A stretch of 64,000 nucleotides of DNA from an uncultured Gemmatimonadales bacterium (lineage in GTDB: Bacteria; Gemmatimonadota; Gemmatimonadetes; Gemmatimonadales; GWC2-71-9). Location of the stretch: the NCBI GenBank assembly GCA_963771275.1, contig CAVYSW010000003.1, positions 321,037 to 385,036 of the forward strand. Reading direction: 5' to 3'. Positions 19,308 through 28,598 of this stretch are shown one piece after another. A program made the position numbers and the translations under genes. Numbering within the stretch: the stretch's first letter is position 1; each line of letters starts with the position of its first letter. The notes beneath the pieces were generated by a model. It had not been told where the DNA came from. It saw nothing but the letters and a program-made list of their open reading frames with translations, and made no database searches.

Positions 19308-19413
19308 CGTGTCCTCCCGGACAGGTATCTCCGCCTGCAATCGAATGTTACCGTCTTGACGCGGCTCCGTCGAGAGCACCAAACTTCACGTACTTTTTCC
19401 CCCAACGACGACC

Positions 19414-20202
19414 ATGCCTGAGCGCACGCTGGAGAATCCCGCCGCCGCCATCGCGCGCCTCGAGGCCCGCGTGCAGGACCTGGAGCGCGAGCGCCGCAAG
19501 CTCGTGGCCCTGGTGGAGATCCTGCAGGAGATTTCCGGCACCCTCAACTTCGTCGATCTGCTCCAGACCATCACGCAGAAGCTCGGCGAGACGCTCGGCC
19601 TGGACCGCTGCTCCATCTTTCTGGCGGAGCGCGGGTCGCGCACGGCGCGGCTGGTCGCGTCGTTCGAGGACCCGAGCATTCGCAACTACGTGGTGGACCT
19701 GGAGCGGTACCCGGAGCTCAAGCGGGCACTGCAGTCGGGGGAGACGGTGTTCATTCCCGATGCGCAGAGCGACCCGCATCTCGCGCACATCCGGGGCCCG
19801 CTCGCCAGCCGGAAGGTCCGGACCATTACGGTGGTCCCGATCACGTGGCGCCGCGTGGCGATTGGCGCCATCTTCCTGCGGACGTTCCGGGACGGGCCCA
19901 GCTTTTCCGAGGACGACGTCGCGTTCACGCAGGCCGTGGGCCTGCTCGCGGCCAAGGCCCTGCGCGTGGTCTACCGCTACGAGCGGCTGCTGCGTCGGCA
20001 CGGGGAGCAGGCGGAGGCGGCACGCCGCACGGAGCGGGAACGCCTGGCGCTGATCGACTTCCTGCGGCGCCTCACCGGCGCCGTGGTCGAGCGCCACGGA
20101 CGCCTGCAGGAGGAGGAGCTCGGTCTTGCGTCGGGGGAGGAGCTGGACCGGCTGGTGGACATCACCATGGCGGTGCTCGCGGAGGAAGGGAAGGGACGAT
20201 GA
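19414..20202 (+). CDS. GAF domain protein flanked by coiled-coil segments
   Basis: LVEILQEISGTLNFVDLLQTITQKLGETLGLDRCSIFL...VVPITWRRVAIGAIFL is a typical GAF core. I recognise no output domain. Confidence 0.7.
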   Translation: MPERTLENPAAAIARLEARVQDLERERRKLVALVEILQEISGTLNFVDLLQTITQKLGETLGLDRCSIFLAERGSRTARLVASFEDPSIRNYVVDLERYPELKRALQSGETVFIPDAQSDPHLAHIRGPLASRKVRTITVVPITWRRVAIGAIFLRTFRDGPSFSEDDVAFTQAVGLLAAKALRVVYRYERLLRRHGEQAEAARRTERERLALIDFLRRLTGAVVERHGRLQEEELGLASGEELDRLVDITMAVLAEEGKGR

Positions 20203-20744
20203 CGGCATTCGATGGCACCGTGCTCGGCATCGGCAGCCGCATGCTGCACCGGCTGCGGACCGTCCTGGAACGCGACTTCGGCGAGCAGACCGGCGCCGCC
20301 CTGCAGGAAGCGGGCTATGCGGCTGGCGACGAGCTGTACGACGGGTTCACGGGGTGGCTCGCGGCGCGGACGGGCGTGCACGACCCGGCGGATCTCGACG
20401 CGCGGCACCTGGGCGACCTGCTGGGCGAGTACTTCCGCAGCCTGGGGTGGGGCCACCTCCGGCTCGAGCGCCTGGGAACGGGCAGCCTGACGCTCGACTC
20501 GAGCGACTGGGCCGAGGCGGATCCGCAGGCGAACGCGTTCGCGCCGGCGTGTCACGTGACCGCCGGGCTGCTCGCCGGATTCCTCGGCCGCCTGGCCGAG
20601 CAGAACGTCGCGGTGATGGAAATCGAGTGCCGCAGCAGGAATGATCACCGCTGCCGCTTCCTGGCCGGGTCCCCCGAAACGCTGCAGGCGGTCTATGACG
20701 CCGTGAGCGCGGGGCGGGACTATCGCGACGTCTTGGCGGGCTGA
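20199..20744 (+). CDS. V4R (4-vinyl reductase-like) domain protein
   Basis: Start reset to MTAFDGTVLG (ATG at 20199, ATGA overlap with the GAF gene stop). The C-terminal CHVTAGLLAGFLGRLAEQNVAVMEIECRSRNDHRCRFL matches the V4R Cys pattern. Confidence 0.65.
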   Translation: MTAFDGTVLGIGSRMLHRLRTVLERDFGEQTGAALQEAGYAAGDELYDGFTGWLAARTGVHDPADLDARHLGDLLGEYFRSLGWGHLRLERLGTGSLTLDSSDWAEADPQANAFAPACHVTAGLLAGFLGRLAEQNVAVMEIECRSRNDHRCRFLAGSPETLQAVYDAVSAGRDYRDVLAG

Positions 20745-21259
20745 CTGCCGGCGAGCCAGGCCGCATAGTCGGGGCGCACCACCAGCTCGCCTCCGATCAC
20801 GACCTCCCGATCCCACGGCAGAATGATCGAGTTCTCCGTGGCGAGCGCGCAGAAATCCGGCGCGAACTGGCCCGTGCGGAACGACACCGCGGTCCGGACT
20901 TCGGCCGGCCGCAGCTCCTTGACCGTGGCGAGCGCCAACTTGAGCGTATCACCCGAGTCGCACGTCTCGTCCACGACCAGCACGCGTCGCCCGCGCACCG
21001 AGGCGGGAGGGGGCGCCGTCACGAGGGTCGGGCGGACGTCGGCGCGCGAGCGGGTCACGGCCATGGACGTGAAATCACGCTGGAGGATCGACGCCACGAC
21101 GGCTCCGGGGATGACGCCCGCCTTGGCGATCCCCACCACGATCTCGGGATCGAACGCCGCCGCGACCCGCAGCGCGAGCGCGCGGCACAGCTCGCCGAAG
21201 AAGGTCCAGTCGACTTCGAGCACCTCTCGCGGGGTGCCGGTGGACGGGCGCGGGGTCAT
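20720..21259 (-). CDS. phosphoribosyltransferase family protein
   Basis: Start reset to MTPRPSTGTP (ATG at 21259). PRPP-binding loop RVLVVDETCDSGDTL. Confidence 0.75.
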   Translation of the reverse strand: MTPRPSTGTPREVLEVDWTFFGELCRALALRVAAAFDPEIVVGIAKAGVIPGAVVASILQRDFTSMAVTRSRADVRPTLVTAPPPASVRGRRVLVVDETCDSGDTLKLALATVKELRPAEVRTAVSFRTGQFAPDFCALATENSIILPWDREVVIGGELVVRPDYAAWLAGSQPAKTSR

Positions 21260-21354
21260 GTGGCGGATAGTACGCGCCCCCCGCGACGGGGGCAAGCACG
21301 AGGGCGCCGCTGCGCGTTGCCAAGCCCTCGGGCGAGCCATATCTTGACGCTCAC

Positions 21355-21786
21355 ATGAGCTTCTGGAAACGCCTGTTCGGACGCCGCCGGGAAGACCTGC
21401 AGCCGCAGCGGCTCGACTACCTGAACGAGGCGCTCGCGCTGGAGCGTCAGGGCGACTACGACGCGGCGCTCACCTCGTATCGCCTGGCGCTGCGCGACCA
21501 CCCGAACGATCTCCGCGTGCTGCAGAACATGGCGATCGCGTTCACCAAGACGAACCGGATCGACGACGCGATCCGCGTGTACCGGCGGGCGCTCGAGGTG
21601 GACGCCACGCTGGCGGGCGCGCATTATGGGATCGCGTTCCTGCTGGTCCGCCGCGGCGACAGCGAGGCGGCGGCGCGTCATCTGCGAGCCTTCCTGGGGC
21701 ATCCGCCGCGGGGCCCGGACGCCACACGCTGGATTGAGCACGCCGAGCGCGCGCTCGGCGAGCTCGACGCCGGGAGCCACGCCTGA
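21355..21786 (+). CDS. tetratricopeptide repeat protein
   Basis: 143 aa with about 3 TPR units (ALERQGDYDAALTSYRLALRDHPND, NMAIAFTKTNRIDDAIRVYRRALEVD). Confidence 0.7.
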   Translation: MSFWKRLFGRRREDLQPQRLDYLNEALALERQGDYDAALTSYRLALRDHPNDLRVLQNMAIAFTKTNRIDDAIRVYRRALEVDATLAGAHYGIAFLLVRRGDSEAAARHLRAFLGHPPRGPDATRWIEHAERALGELDAGSHA

Positions 21787-21812
21787 AACGCGGCGCGGCG
21801 CTTTCGCTCCTG

Positions 21813-22535
21813 GTGCTGGGGTGCAGCGCCATCACGGGCAACTTCGGCAACGTGGTGGCGATCCAGTACCAGGGATCGCTGACCCCGTCCATCGAGGAGG
21901 GCGACACCCTGCGGCTGACGGCGGTGGCGCTCGACATCGACGGCAACCCCCTGGCGGACGTCCCGGTCGTCTGGCAGCTCCTCGTGCTCGACACCACGGT
22001 CGTCGGCTTCACGCTGGACACGCTGACGGGACTGATCACGGCCGTGGCGCCCGGCGGCCCGTGGAGCGTGCAGGGGAGCGCCGACGGCCTCCGGATGAGC
22101 AGCCCGGTCCGAGTCAGGGTGACGGGTGCGCCGGATTCCGTCGCGGGCGTCGAGCCCACCCGCATGACGGTCGCGGCGGATGTGGACTCCTCCCCGCCCC
22201 TCATCGCGATGGTCTACGACCTCACGACCGTGCCCGACACCGCAACGGGACTGGCCGGCAAGCGCGTCGAGTTCCGGCTGGTCGACCCGGCCCCGGGCTC
22301 CGCGGCGGCCGCGAGCGTCGGCCTGGCCGCGCCGAACGATACCTCCACGACGGCCGATCCCTACGTGGTCACCGTGCTCTCCGGGCCGACCGGCCAGGCC
22401 CGCGTGATTGCGCGCCGCGTCAGCGGCCTCGTGCAGCCCGACAGCATCCTCGTCGACGCGTTCGCCTTCACTGCGCGTGGCGACACCGTCACCGGCTCGC
22501 CCGTGCGCTTCACCGTCCTGTTCCTGCCGAACTGA
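21813..22535 (+). CDS. Ig-like (BIG2-type) repeat protein, probable lipoprotein; true start probably upstream at CTG 21783
   Basis: The track ORF starts at a GTG inside a lipobox. The in-frame upstream codons read LKRGAALSLLVLGCSA. The body is beta-rich with Ig-like repeats. Confidence 0.5.
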   Translation: MLGCSAITGNFGNVVAIQYQGSLTPSIEEGDTLRLTAVALDIDGNPLADVPVVWQLLVLDTTVVGFTLDTLTGLITAVAPGGPWSVQGSADGLRMSSPVRVRVTGAPDSVAGVEPTRMTVAADVDSSPPLIAMVYDLTTVPDTATGLAGKRVEFRLVDPAPGSAAAASVGLAAPNDTSTTADPYVVTVLSGPTGQARVIARRVSGLVQPDSILVDAFAFTARGDTVTGSPVRFTVLFLPN

Positions 22536-22570
22536 GGACCCGACGGCCACGGCAGAGGGAGGATCCACAC

Positions 22571-24367
22571 ATGCCCAAGACCGTCAACGAGCTGTTCTTC
22601 ACCGCGGTGGACACGTTCGGCTCGAAGCCGGCGTTGCGGTTCAAAGCCGGCGGCACGTGGCACGACATCACGCATCAGGAGCTCGCCTGCCGGGTGAAGC
22701 ACACCGCCCTCGGGCTCCGGGAACTGGGAATCCGCCCCGGCGACCGGGTCGGCATCCTGTCGGGCAACCGGCCGGAATGGGCCGTCGCGGACTACGCGTG
22801 CCTCACCGCCCGCTGCATCGACGTCCCGGTGTATCCCACGCTCCCGGCCAAGCAGGCGATTTACCCGCTGCGCGACTCGGGTGCCGTCGCGGTGTTCGTC
22901 GCCGACCTGTCGCAGTACGAGAAGATCGCCGCGACCCGCGGGGAGGCTCCCGCCCTCAAGCACGTGATCCTGTTCGAGGGCACGGTGGAGGCGCCGGACG
23001 TCATCACGCTGCAGGCCCTCCAGCAGCGCGGGGCGGCCGCCGAGGGCAAGTACCCCACGTACCGCGACGACGCGCTCGCCGCGACCGCGGCGGACATCGC
23101 GACGCTGATCTACACGTCGGGGACCACCGGTGACCCCAAGGGCGTGATGCTCACGCACGGCAACTTCGCGTCGAACGTGGAGGGCTGTCAGACCGTGCTG
23201 CCGGTGGGCGTGACCGACGCGGCGTTGTCCGTGCTCCCGCTGTCGCACAGTTTCGAGCGTCTGGCCGGGCACTACACGCTCTTCGCGGCCGGCGTGACCA
23301 TCTGCTACGCCGAGAGTCTCGACACGATCGGGCCGAACCTCCAGGAGGTACGGCCCACGGTGGCGATCTTCGTGCCGCGGATCTACGAGAAGTTCTACGC
23401 CCGGGTGCTGGAGAACGCGCTCGCGGGCGGCGGGCTCAAGCGGAAGATCTTCTTCTGGGCCAAGCGCAACGCGGAGGCGTGGGCCGATCTCGTGCTGGCC
23501 AAGCGGCCGGTGCCGGCCGGCCTCGCGCTCAAGAAGCGTATCGCCGATCGGCTGGTCTTCTCCAAGCTCAAGGCGCGCGTCGGCGGGCGGATCCGGTTCT
23601 TCGTGTCGGGCGCCGCCCCGCTCTCTCCCGAGATCGCCAAGTTCTTCCTCGCCGCGGGCCTGCCGATCGTGGAAGGCTACGGGCTCACCGAGACCTCACC
23701 GGTGATTTCCGTGAACCCGGTCGACGGGCTGCGCATCGGCACCGTCGGGAAGCCGATCTCGGGCGTCGAGGTCCGCATCGCCGAGGACGGCGAGATCCTC
23801 GCCCGCGGCCCCAACATCATGCGGGGGTACTACAACAAGCCCGAGGCGACCCGCGAGGCGATCGACGCCGACGGCTGGTTCCACACCGGCGACATCGGCA
23901 CGCTCGACGCCGACGGCTACCTCAGCATCACCGACCGCAAGAAGGACATCATCGTCACCGCGGGCGGCAAGAACATCGCGCCGCAGCCGATCGAGAACCT
24001 GGTGAAGCTGAACAAGTTCGTGGCCAACGCGGTGATGATCGGCGACAAGCGCAAGTTCCCGATCATGCTGATCGTGCCCGATCGCCCCGCCCTCGAGGCC
24101 TGGGCGAAGGAGCGCGATCTCCCGACCGCCGACTACGCGGCGCTGCTGCGCCACCCGGACGCGGCGGCGAAGGTGGAGCGCGAGGTGATGGCGAACCTGC
24201 GGGACCTCGCGAGCTACGAGACCCCCAAGAAGCTGGCGCTCCTGGAGCACGATTTCACGATCGAGCGTGGCGAGCTCACGCCGACGCTCAAGGTGAAGCG
24301 GCGGATCGTCGAGCAACGGTACGCCGCCGAGATCGAACGGCTGTTCGCCGGCGCGCCCGAAGGATGA
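22571..24367 (+). CDS. fadD: long-chain fatty acid-CoA ligase (AMP-forming), paralog 1
   Basis: Start reset to MPKTVNELFF (ATG at 22571, preceded by GAGGGAGGA). Motifs YTSGTTGDPKGVMLTH, GYGLTETS and TGDIGTLDADGYLSITDRKKD. Confidence 0.9.
   Translation: MPKTVNELFFTAVDTFGSKPALRFKAGGTWHDITHQELACRVKHTALGLRELGIRPGDRVGILSGNRPEWAVADYACLTARCIDVPVYPTLPAKQAIYPLRDSGAVAVFVADLSQYEKIAATRGEAPALKHVILFEGTVEAPDVITLQALQQRGAAAEGKYPTYRDDALAATAADIATLIYTSGTTGDPKGVMLTHGNFASNVEGCQTVLPVGVTDAALSVLPLSHSFERLAGHYTLFAAGVTICYAESLDTIGPNLQEVRPTVAIFVPRIYEKFYARVLENALAGGGLKRKIFFWAKRNAEAWADLVLAKRPVPAGLALKKRIADRLVFSKLKARVGGRIRFFVSGAAPLSPEIAKFFLAAGLPIVEGYGLTETSPVISVNPVDGLRIGTVGKPISGVEVRIAEDGEILARGPNIMRGYYNKPEATREAIDADGWFHTGDIGTLDADGYLSITDRKKDIIVTAGGKNIAPQPIENLVKLNKFVANAVMIGDKRKFPIMLIVPDRPALEAWAKERDLPTADYAALLRHPDAAAKVEREVMANLRDLASYETPKKLALLEHDFTIERGELTPTLKVKRRIVEQRYAAEIERLFAGAPEG
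23736..24225 (+). repeat. near-identical tract shared with the downstream paralog (copy A)
   Basis: About 490 nt match 25549-26038 (offset 1813 nt), with roughly a dozen mismatches by eye. This is far higher identity than in the 5' halves of the two genes. Confidence 0.8.
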
Positions 24368-24374
24368 GGCCAAG

Positions 24375-26186
24375 GTGACCGCTCCGCGCACCCTCAACGA
24401 GCTGTTCTTCGCCGCGGTGGACCGGTTCGGCTCCAAGCGGGCCGCGCTCCAGTACAAGGCCGGCGGCACATGGCACGACATCACGCACCAGGAACTGGCC
24501 CGCCGCGTCAAGCTCACCGCGCTCGGGCTGCGCGAGCTGGGTGTGCGTCCCGGTGATCGCGTCGCCATTCTGTCGTCCAACCGGCCGGAATGGGCGATCG
24601 CGGACTTCGCGTGCCTCGCCGCCCGCTGTGCCGACGTGCCGGTCTACCCCACGCTGCCGGCCCGCCAGGTCGCCTACCTGCTGCGCGACGCCGGAGCCGT
24701 CGCCGCGTTCGTGGCCGACGCGCGCCAGTACGAGAAGGTCGCCGAGACGCGCGCCGAGATTCCCGGCCTCCGACACGTGATCCTGTTCGAGGGCACCGTG
24801 GACGGCCCCGGGGTCATGACGCTGCAGGCGCTGCAGCAGCTCGGCGCCTCGGCGGAAGCCAGGTACCCGTCGTACGAGGCCGACGCCCGCGCCGCCGGGC
24901 CCGACGACCTGGCCACGCTGATCTACACGTCGGGGACCACCGGCGACCCCAAGGGCGTGATGCTCACGCACGGCAACTTCACGTCCGACGTGCTCGCCGC
25001 CCTGCAGGTCCTCCCGCTCGGCCCCCAGGATACGGCGCTCTCGCTGCTGCCGCTGTCGCACAGCTTCGAGCGCATGGGCGGGCACTACGTGATGGTGCAC
25101 GCGGGGGTGACGATCGCGTACGCCGAGAGCTTCGACACGATCGCGGCGAATCTCCAGGAGGTGCGGCCCACGATCACGCTCGCCCCACCCCGCGTGTTCG
25201 AGAAGTTCTACGCGCGCGTCCTCGACAACGCGCTGGCGGGCGGCGCGCTCAAGCGGCGGATCTTCCACTGGGCCAAGCGGGCGGCCGAACAGTGGGCGGA
25301 CCACGCGCTCGCCGGCCGGCCCATCCCGGGGGGGCTCGCCCTGCGCCACCGACTGGCCGACCGGCTGGTGTTCTCCAAGGTGCGCGCCCGGGTCGGCGGC
25401 CGGATCCGGCTGTTCGTCTCGGGCGGCGCACCGCTGTCCGCCGAAATCGGCCGGTTCTTCTACGCGGCCGGGCTGCCGATTCTCGAGGGCTACGGCCTCA
25501 CGGAAAGCGCGCCGGTGATCGCGCTCAACCCGCCCGACCGCCCGCGGTTCGGCACCGTCGGGAAGCCGATCCCGGGCGTCGAGGTCCGCATCGCCGAGGA
25601 CGGCGAGATCCTCGCCCGCGGGCCCAACATCATGCGGGGGTACTACAACAAGCCCGAGGCGACCCGCGAGGCGATCGACGCCGACGGCTGGCTCCACACC
25701 GGCGACATCGGCGCGCTCGACGCCGACGGCTACCTCAGCATCACCGACCGCAAGAAGGACATCATCGTCACCGCGGGCGGCAAGAACATCGCGCCGCAGC
25801 CGATCGAGAACCTGGTGAAGCTGAACAAGTTCGTGGCCAACGCGGTGATGATCGGCGACAAGCGCAAGTTCCCGATCATGCTGATCGTGCCCGATCGCAC
25901 CGCCCTCGAGGCCTGGGCGGGCGAGCGCAATCTCCCGACCGCCGACTACGCGGCGCTGCTGCGCCACCCCGACGCGGTGGCGAAGGTGGAGCGCGAGGTG
26001 ATGGCCAACCTGCGGGACCTCGCGAGCTACGAAACCCCCAAGAAGATCGCGCTGCTGGAGCACGACTTCACCGTCGATGCTGGGGAGATGACCCCGACGC
26101 TCAAAGTGAAGCGGCGGATCGTCGAGCAGAAGTGCGCCGCCGAGATCGCGCGGCTCTACGCGGAAGAGGCCCCGCAGGCCCCCTAG
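24375..26186 (+). CDS. fadD: long-chain fatty acid-CoA ligase (AMP-forming), paralog 2
   Basis: GTG start 7 nt after the paralog 1 stop. Same AMP-binding motifs (YTSGTTGDPKGVMLTH, GYGLTESAP, TGDIGALDADGYLSITDRKKD). Confidence 0.9.
   Translation: MTAPRTLNELFFAAVDRFGSKRAALQYKAGGTWHDITHQELARRVKLTALGLRELGVRPGDRVAILSSNRPEWAIADFACLAARCADVPVYPTLPARQVAYLLRDAGAVAAFVADARQYEKVAETRAEIPGLRHVILFEGTVDGPGVMTLQALQQLGASAEARYPSYEADARAAGPDDLATLIYTSGTTGDPKGVMLTHGNFTSDVLAALQVLPLGPQDTALSLLPLSHSFERMGGHYVMVHAGVTIAYAESFDTIAANLQEVRPTITLAPPRVFEKFYARVLDNALAGGALKRRIFHWAKRAAEQWADHALAGRPIPGGLALRHRLADRLVFSKVRARVGGRIRLFVSGGAPLSAEIGRFFYAAGLPILEGYGLTESAPVIALNPPDRPRFGTVGKPIPGVEVRIAEDGEILARGPNIMRGYYNKPEATREAIDADGWLHTGDIGALDADGYLSITDRKKDIIVTAGGKNIAPQPIENLVKLNKFVANAVMIGDKRKFPIMLIVPDRTALEAWAGERNLPTADYAALLRHPDAVAKVEREVMANLRDLASYETPKKIALLEHDFTVDAGEMTPTLKVKRRIVEQKCAAEIARLYAEEAPQAP
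25549..26038 (+). repeat. near-identical tract shared with the upstream paralog (copy B)
   Basis: Counterpart of 23736-24225. Confidence 0.8.
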
Positions 26187-26192
26187 CGTCCG

Positions 26193-26786
26193 TTACTCCG
26201 TCTTCCGCCCCACCCACATCCCCCGGCCGGCGGCCATGGGCGCCAGCGCCGCCGGCGGGCGGTCCACGGCTTCGCTCAGCACCACGACCCGCTGGCCCCG
26301 CAGCACGACCCGCGCCGCCTCCGCGAGCCAGTGCGCGTTGGCGTATTCGGCGCCCAGCACGACGCCGCGGGCCACCGCCGCGAGCGGGATGGTCCGCGTC
26401 GACACCAGCAGGCTCCGCACCGGCGAGACGCCCGACGCCCCCACGAGATTCACGACCGCGAAGTGGACGCCGCTCATGAGCTTGGCGAGGGGCCCCACGA
26501 GCCCGCCGGCCGAACCCACGAGCACGACGTAGCCGCCCGGACTCTCGAGCCCCAGGAGCGCCTCGATGACCGCCGGATCGGGGAGCGTCGCCGGCGGCGC
26601 GGCCACAGCGGGCGGCGGCCCGAAGCGGGCGATCCCGTCGGCGATGGGATACTCCGCCTGACAGCGCGGGCAGCCGAGGGTGCCGAACGCGATCGCGCGG
26701 TCCCGCATGGCGCCCGTGGCGAGCACGAGGTGCGTATCCTCGTGGGGCACCGGGCAGCGCAGCGACTCGGCAAGCTCGATGAACAT
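26193..26786 (-). CDS. Trm112-like zinc-ribbon N-terminus fused to a Rossmann/methyltransferase-like domain, hypothetical
   Basis: MFIELAESLRCPVPHEDT...LGCPRCQAEYPIADGIARFG (CP...CPxC ribbon), followed by VVLVGSAGGLVGPLA. Confidence 0.5.
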   Translation of the reverse strand: MFIELAESLRCPVPHEDTHLVLATGAMRDRAIAFGTLGCPRCQAEYPIADGIARFGPPPAVAAPPATLPDPAVIEALLGLESPGGYVVLVGSAGGLVGPLAKLMSGVHFAVVNLVGASGVSPVRSLLVSTRTIPLAAVARGVVLGAEYANAHWLAEAARVVLRGQRVVVLSEAVDRPPAALAPMAAGRGMWVGRKTE

Positions 26787-26789
26787 CGG

Positions 26790-28598
26790 TCAGGGTCTCA
26801 GCTCCACCCACGTGACGCGTCCCGCGGAGACCGTGATGCGCCGGCGCACCGTGCGGCCGTCGATCTCCACCCGCAGCTCGTACGTCCCGGGCGACACGTC
26901 CCCGATCGCGAAGTGCTCCCCGTACGCCGGCGTGCCGCGCGTGCGCGTGCCGTAGGTCTCGATGAACGCAAACGGCGTCTCCTGCGGCTCCGGCTTCACC
27001 AACCCGTACACGCGCGCCTGTCGCACCGGGCTTCCCGCCGAGTCGCAGACGACGCCGGCGACGATGCCCGTGCCGGGAAGCGGCGCGATCCACAGCTCGG
27101 GATTGGTACTGTAGGGCGGATACCGGACCGCGGGATCGATCACCAGCGGGAACGAGTCCACCGGCAGCGCGTGGACCTCGAGGTGCAGATGGTCGTTGGT
27201 GGCCCGCCCGGTGTTGCCGACCCGGGCAATCACGTCTCCGGCCCGGACCCGGCGACCCGATTGCGTGAGCAGCGCGGTCGCGTGGTAGTAGGTGGAGTAG
27301 ACGACGTACGTCGTATCACCGACCCGGAGCGAGCGGTCGTGCCGGATCGCCACCGTGTTGGCGCCCGCCTCCGCCGGGCCGGCGAACGCCACGACCCCGT
27401 CCCCGATCGCGTGGATCGGCGTGCCCTCGCCCGCGTTGAACTCCACGCCCTGATGCTGCTGGAAGAAGCCGCCCATGGTCGAGCCGTAGCGATACGTCTG
27501 GTCGATGTACGGCTGCTCGCGCACGGGGCGCTGGAACCAGGTGTGGCGGGGAGCGGCAGGAGCGGCAGCGGTGGCAGAAGCGGCAGGCGTTGGGGCGGCA
27601 GACGGGGCAGCAGGGGCAGAGATGGAGTCGGTCTCGCGCACGCCCGTTGGCAGTCCCACGAGCCAGCGATCGTTCCCGAGCCAGAGGGCCGACGTGACGA
27701 AACCTCCCCGGGGGCTCCCATTCCTGCCCCTCTCCCCCGCTGCCCCCTCACCCATGACGAATCCCGCACTCGTCGCGATGCCGCTGGCGCCGTCCGCGCC
27801 CCGAACGATCTGCTGCACGGCGACCGGGGTGCCCGTCGGCGCGATGGCGCGCACGCGCGCGAGCCGGCCGTCGTGGCGCAGAACGGCGCGCTCCGCACCG
27901 CGTTCAGTACCGATCATGACGGTATCGCCGCGTTCCGGCAGCACCGCCCGGACCCGGTCGTCGGGCAGGGCGGCCCCGCGCCACGTCCGGCCCCCGTCGT
28001 CCGAGCGCTCGAGTCCCCGGAGGTGCGACAACCAGAGGCCGCCGTCCTCGCCGGCCGCGATCGCCAGCACGTACTGGTTGCCGATCACGCCGAGCACCGG
28101 GTCTTTGGCACTGCGCACGCCCATCGAGTCGGTGATCACACGCCACGACGCGCCATCGTCCCAGGTGACCTTGACCCCGTCCGCCGTCGCGACGTACACG
28201 GTATCGCCGCGGACGACGATGCCGTTCGGCGCGACGTACTGGTATTCCGGGCCGAGCTGCCGGAACGTCCAGTTGGTCCACGTCGCGCCGCCGTCGCGCG
28301 AGCGGCCCCATCCGTTCCCGACCGTGCCGTACCAGATCGCGCCGCCGGGCGCGAACGCGAACGCGTGCACGAACCCCATGGAGATGGAGGTGTCGGTCGT
28401 GTCCGGCACCAGCTGGCTCCAGGCGCGCGCGCCGGGCCGCAGCACGTAGATCCCCTCGCCGTACGTGCCCACCCAGATGGCGCCGTCCGGCGCGCGGGCG
28501 AGCGCGAGGACGTGGGTAGGGGTCGGGAGCGGCGGGAACTCCTGGCTGAAGAGCGGCAGGAGGGGCAGCAGGGGGAGGAGAGGGAGGAGGCGTTTCAT
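26790..28598 (-). CDS. multidomain secreted M23 peptidase (N-terminal BNR/propeller-like, Ala/Pro/Ser linker, M23 core, C-terminal carboxypeptidase-regulatory-like domain)
   Basis: Start reset to [19 protein letters not shown] (ATG at 28598). Repeats of the type SxDGGxTW (SRDGGATWTNW, WDDGASWRV, SDDGGRTWRG). M23 core motifs: HQGVEFNAGEGTPIHA and NDHLHLEV. Confidence 0.8.
   Translation of the reverse strand: MKRLLPLLPLLPLLPLFSQEFPPLPTPTHVLALARAPDGAIWVGTYGEGIYVLRPGARAWSQLVPDTTDTSISMGFVHAFAFAPGGAIWYGTVGNGWGRSRDGGATWTNWTFRQLGPEYQYVAPNGIVVRGDTVYVATADGVKVTWDDGASWRVITDSMGVRSAKDPVLGVIGNQYVLAIAAGEDGGLWLSHLRGLERSDDGGRTWRGAALPDDRVRAVLPERGDTVMIGTERGAERAVLRHDGRLARVRAIAPTGTPVAVQQIVRGADGASGIATSAGFVMGEGAAGERGRNGSPRGGFVTSALWLGNDRWLVGLPTGVRETDSISAPAAPSAAPTPAASATAAAPAAPRHTWFQRPVREQPYIDQTYRYGSTMGGFFQQHQGVEFNAGEGTPIHAIGDGVVAFAGPAEAGANTVAIRHDRSLRVGDTTYVVYSTYYHATALLTQSGRRVRAGDVIARVGNTGRATNDHLHLEVHALPVDSFPLVIDPAVRYPPYSTNPELWIAPLPGTGIVAGVVCDSAGSPVRQARVYGLVKPEPQETPFAFIETYGTRTRGTPAYGEHFAIGDVSPGTYELRVEIDGRTVRRRITVSAGRVTWVELRP
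27551..27620. repeat. imperfect GGCAG-rich short tandem repeat encoding an Ala/Pro/Ser/Thr linker
   Basis: The sequence gcggcaggagcggcagcggtggcagaagcggcaggcgttggggcggcagacggggcagcaggggcagag encodes SAPAAPSAAPTPAASATAAAPAAP. It shares ggcaggagcggcag and ggcagaagcggc with 10672-10723. Confidence 0.65.

Noticed and set aside
19845-20198. An N-terminal extension of the V4R gene (299-aa track ORF).
   Set aside because: The extension is Arg/Gly/Pro-rich and overlaps the well-supported GAF gene in another frame. ATG 20199, with its ATGA coupling, gives a clean V4R protein.
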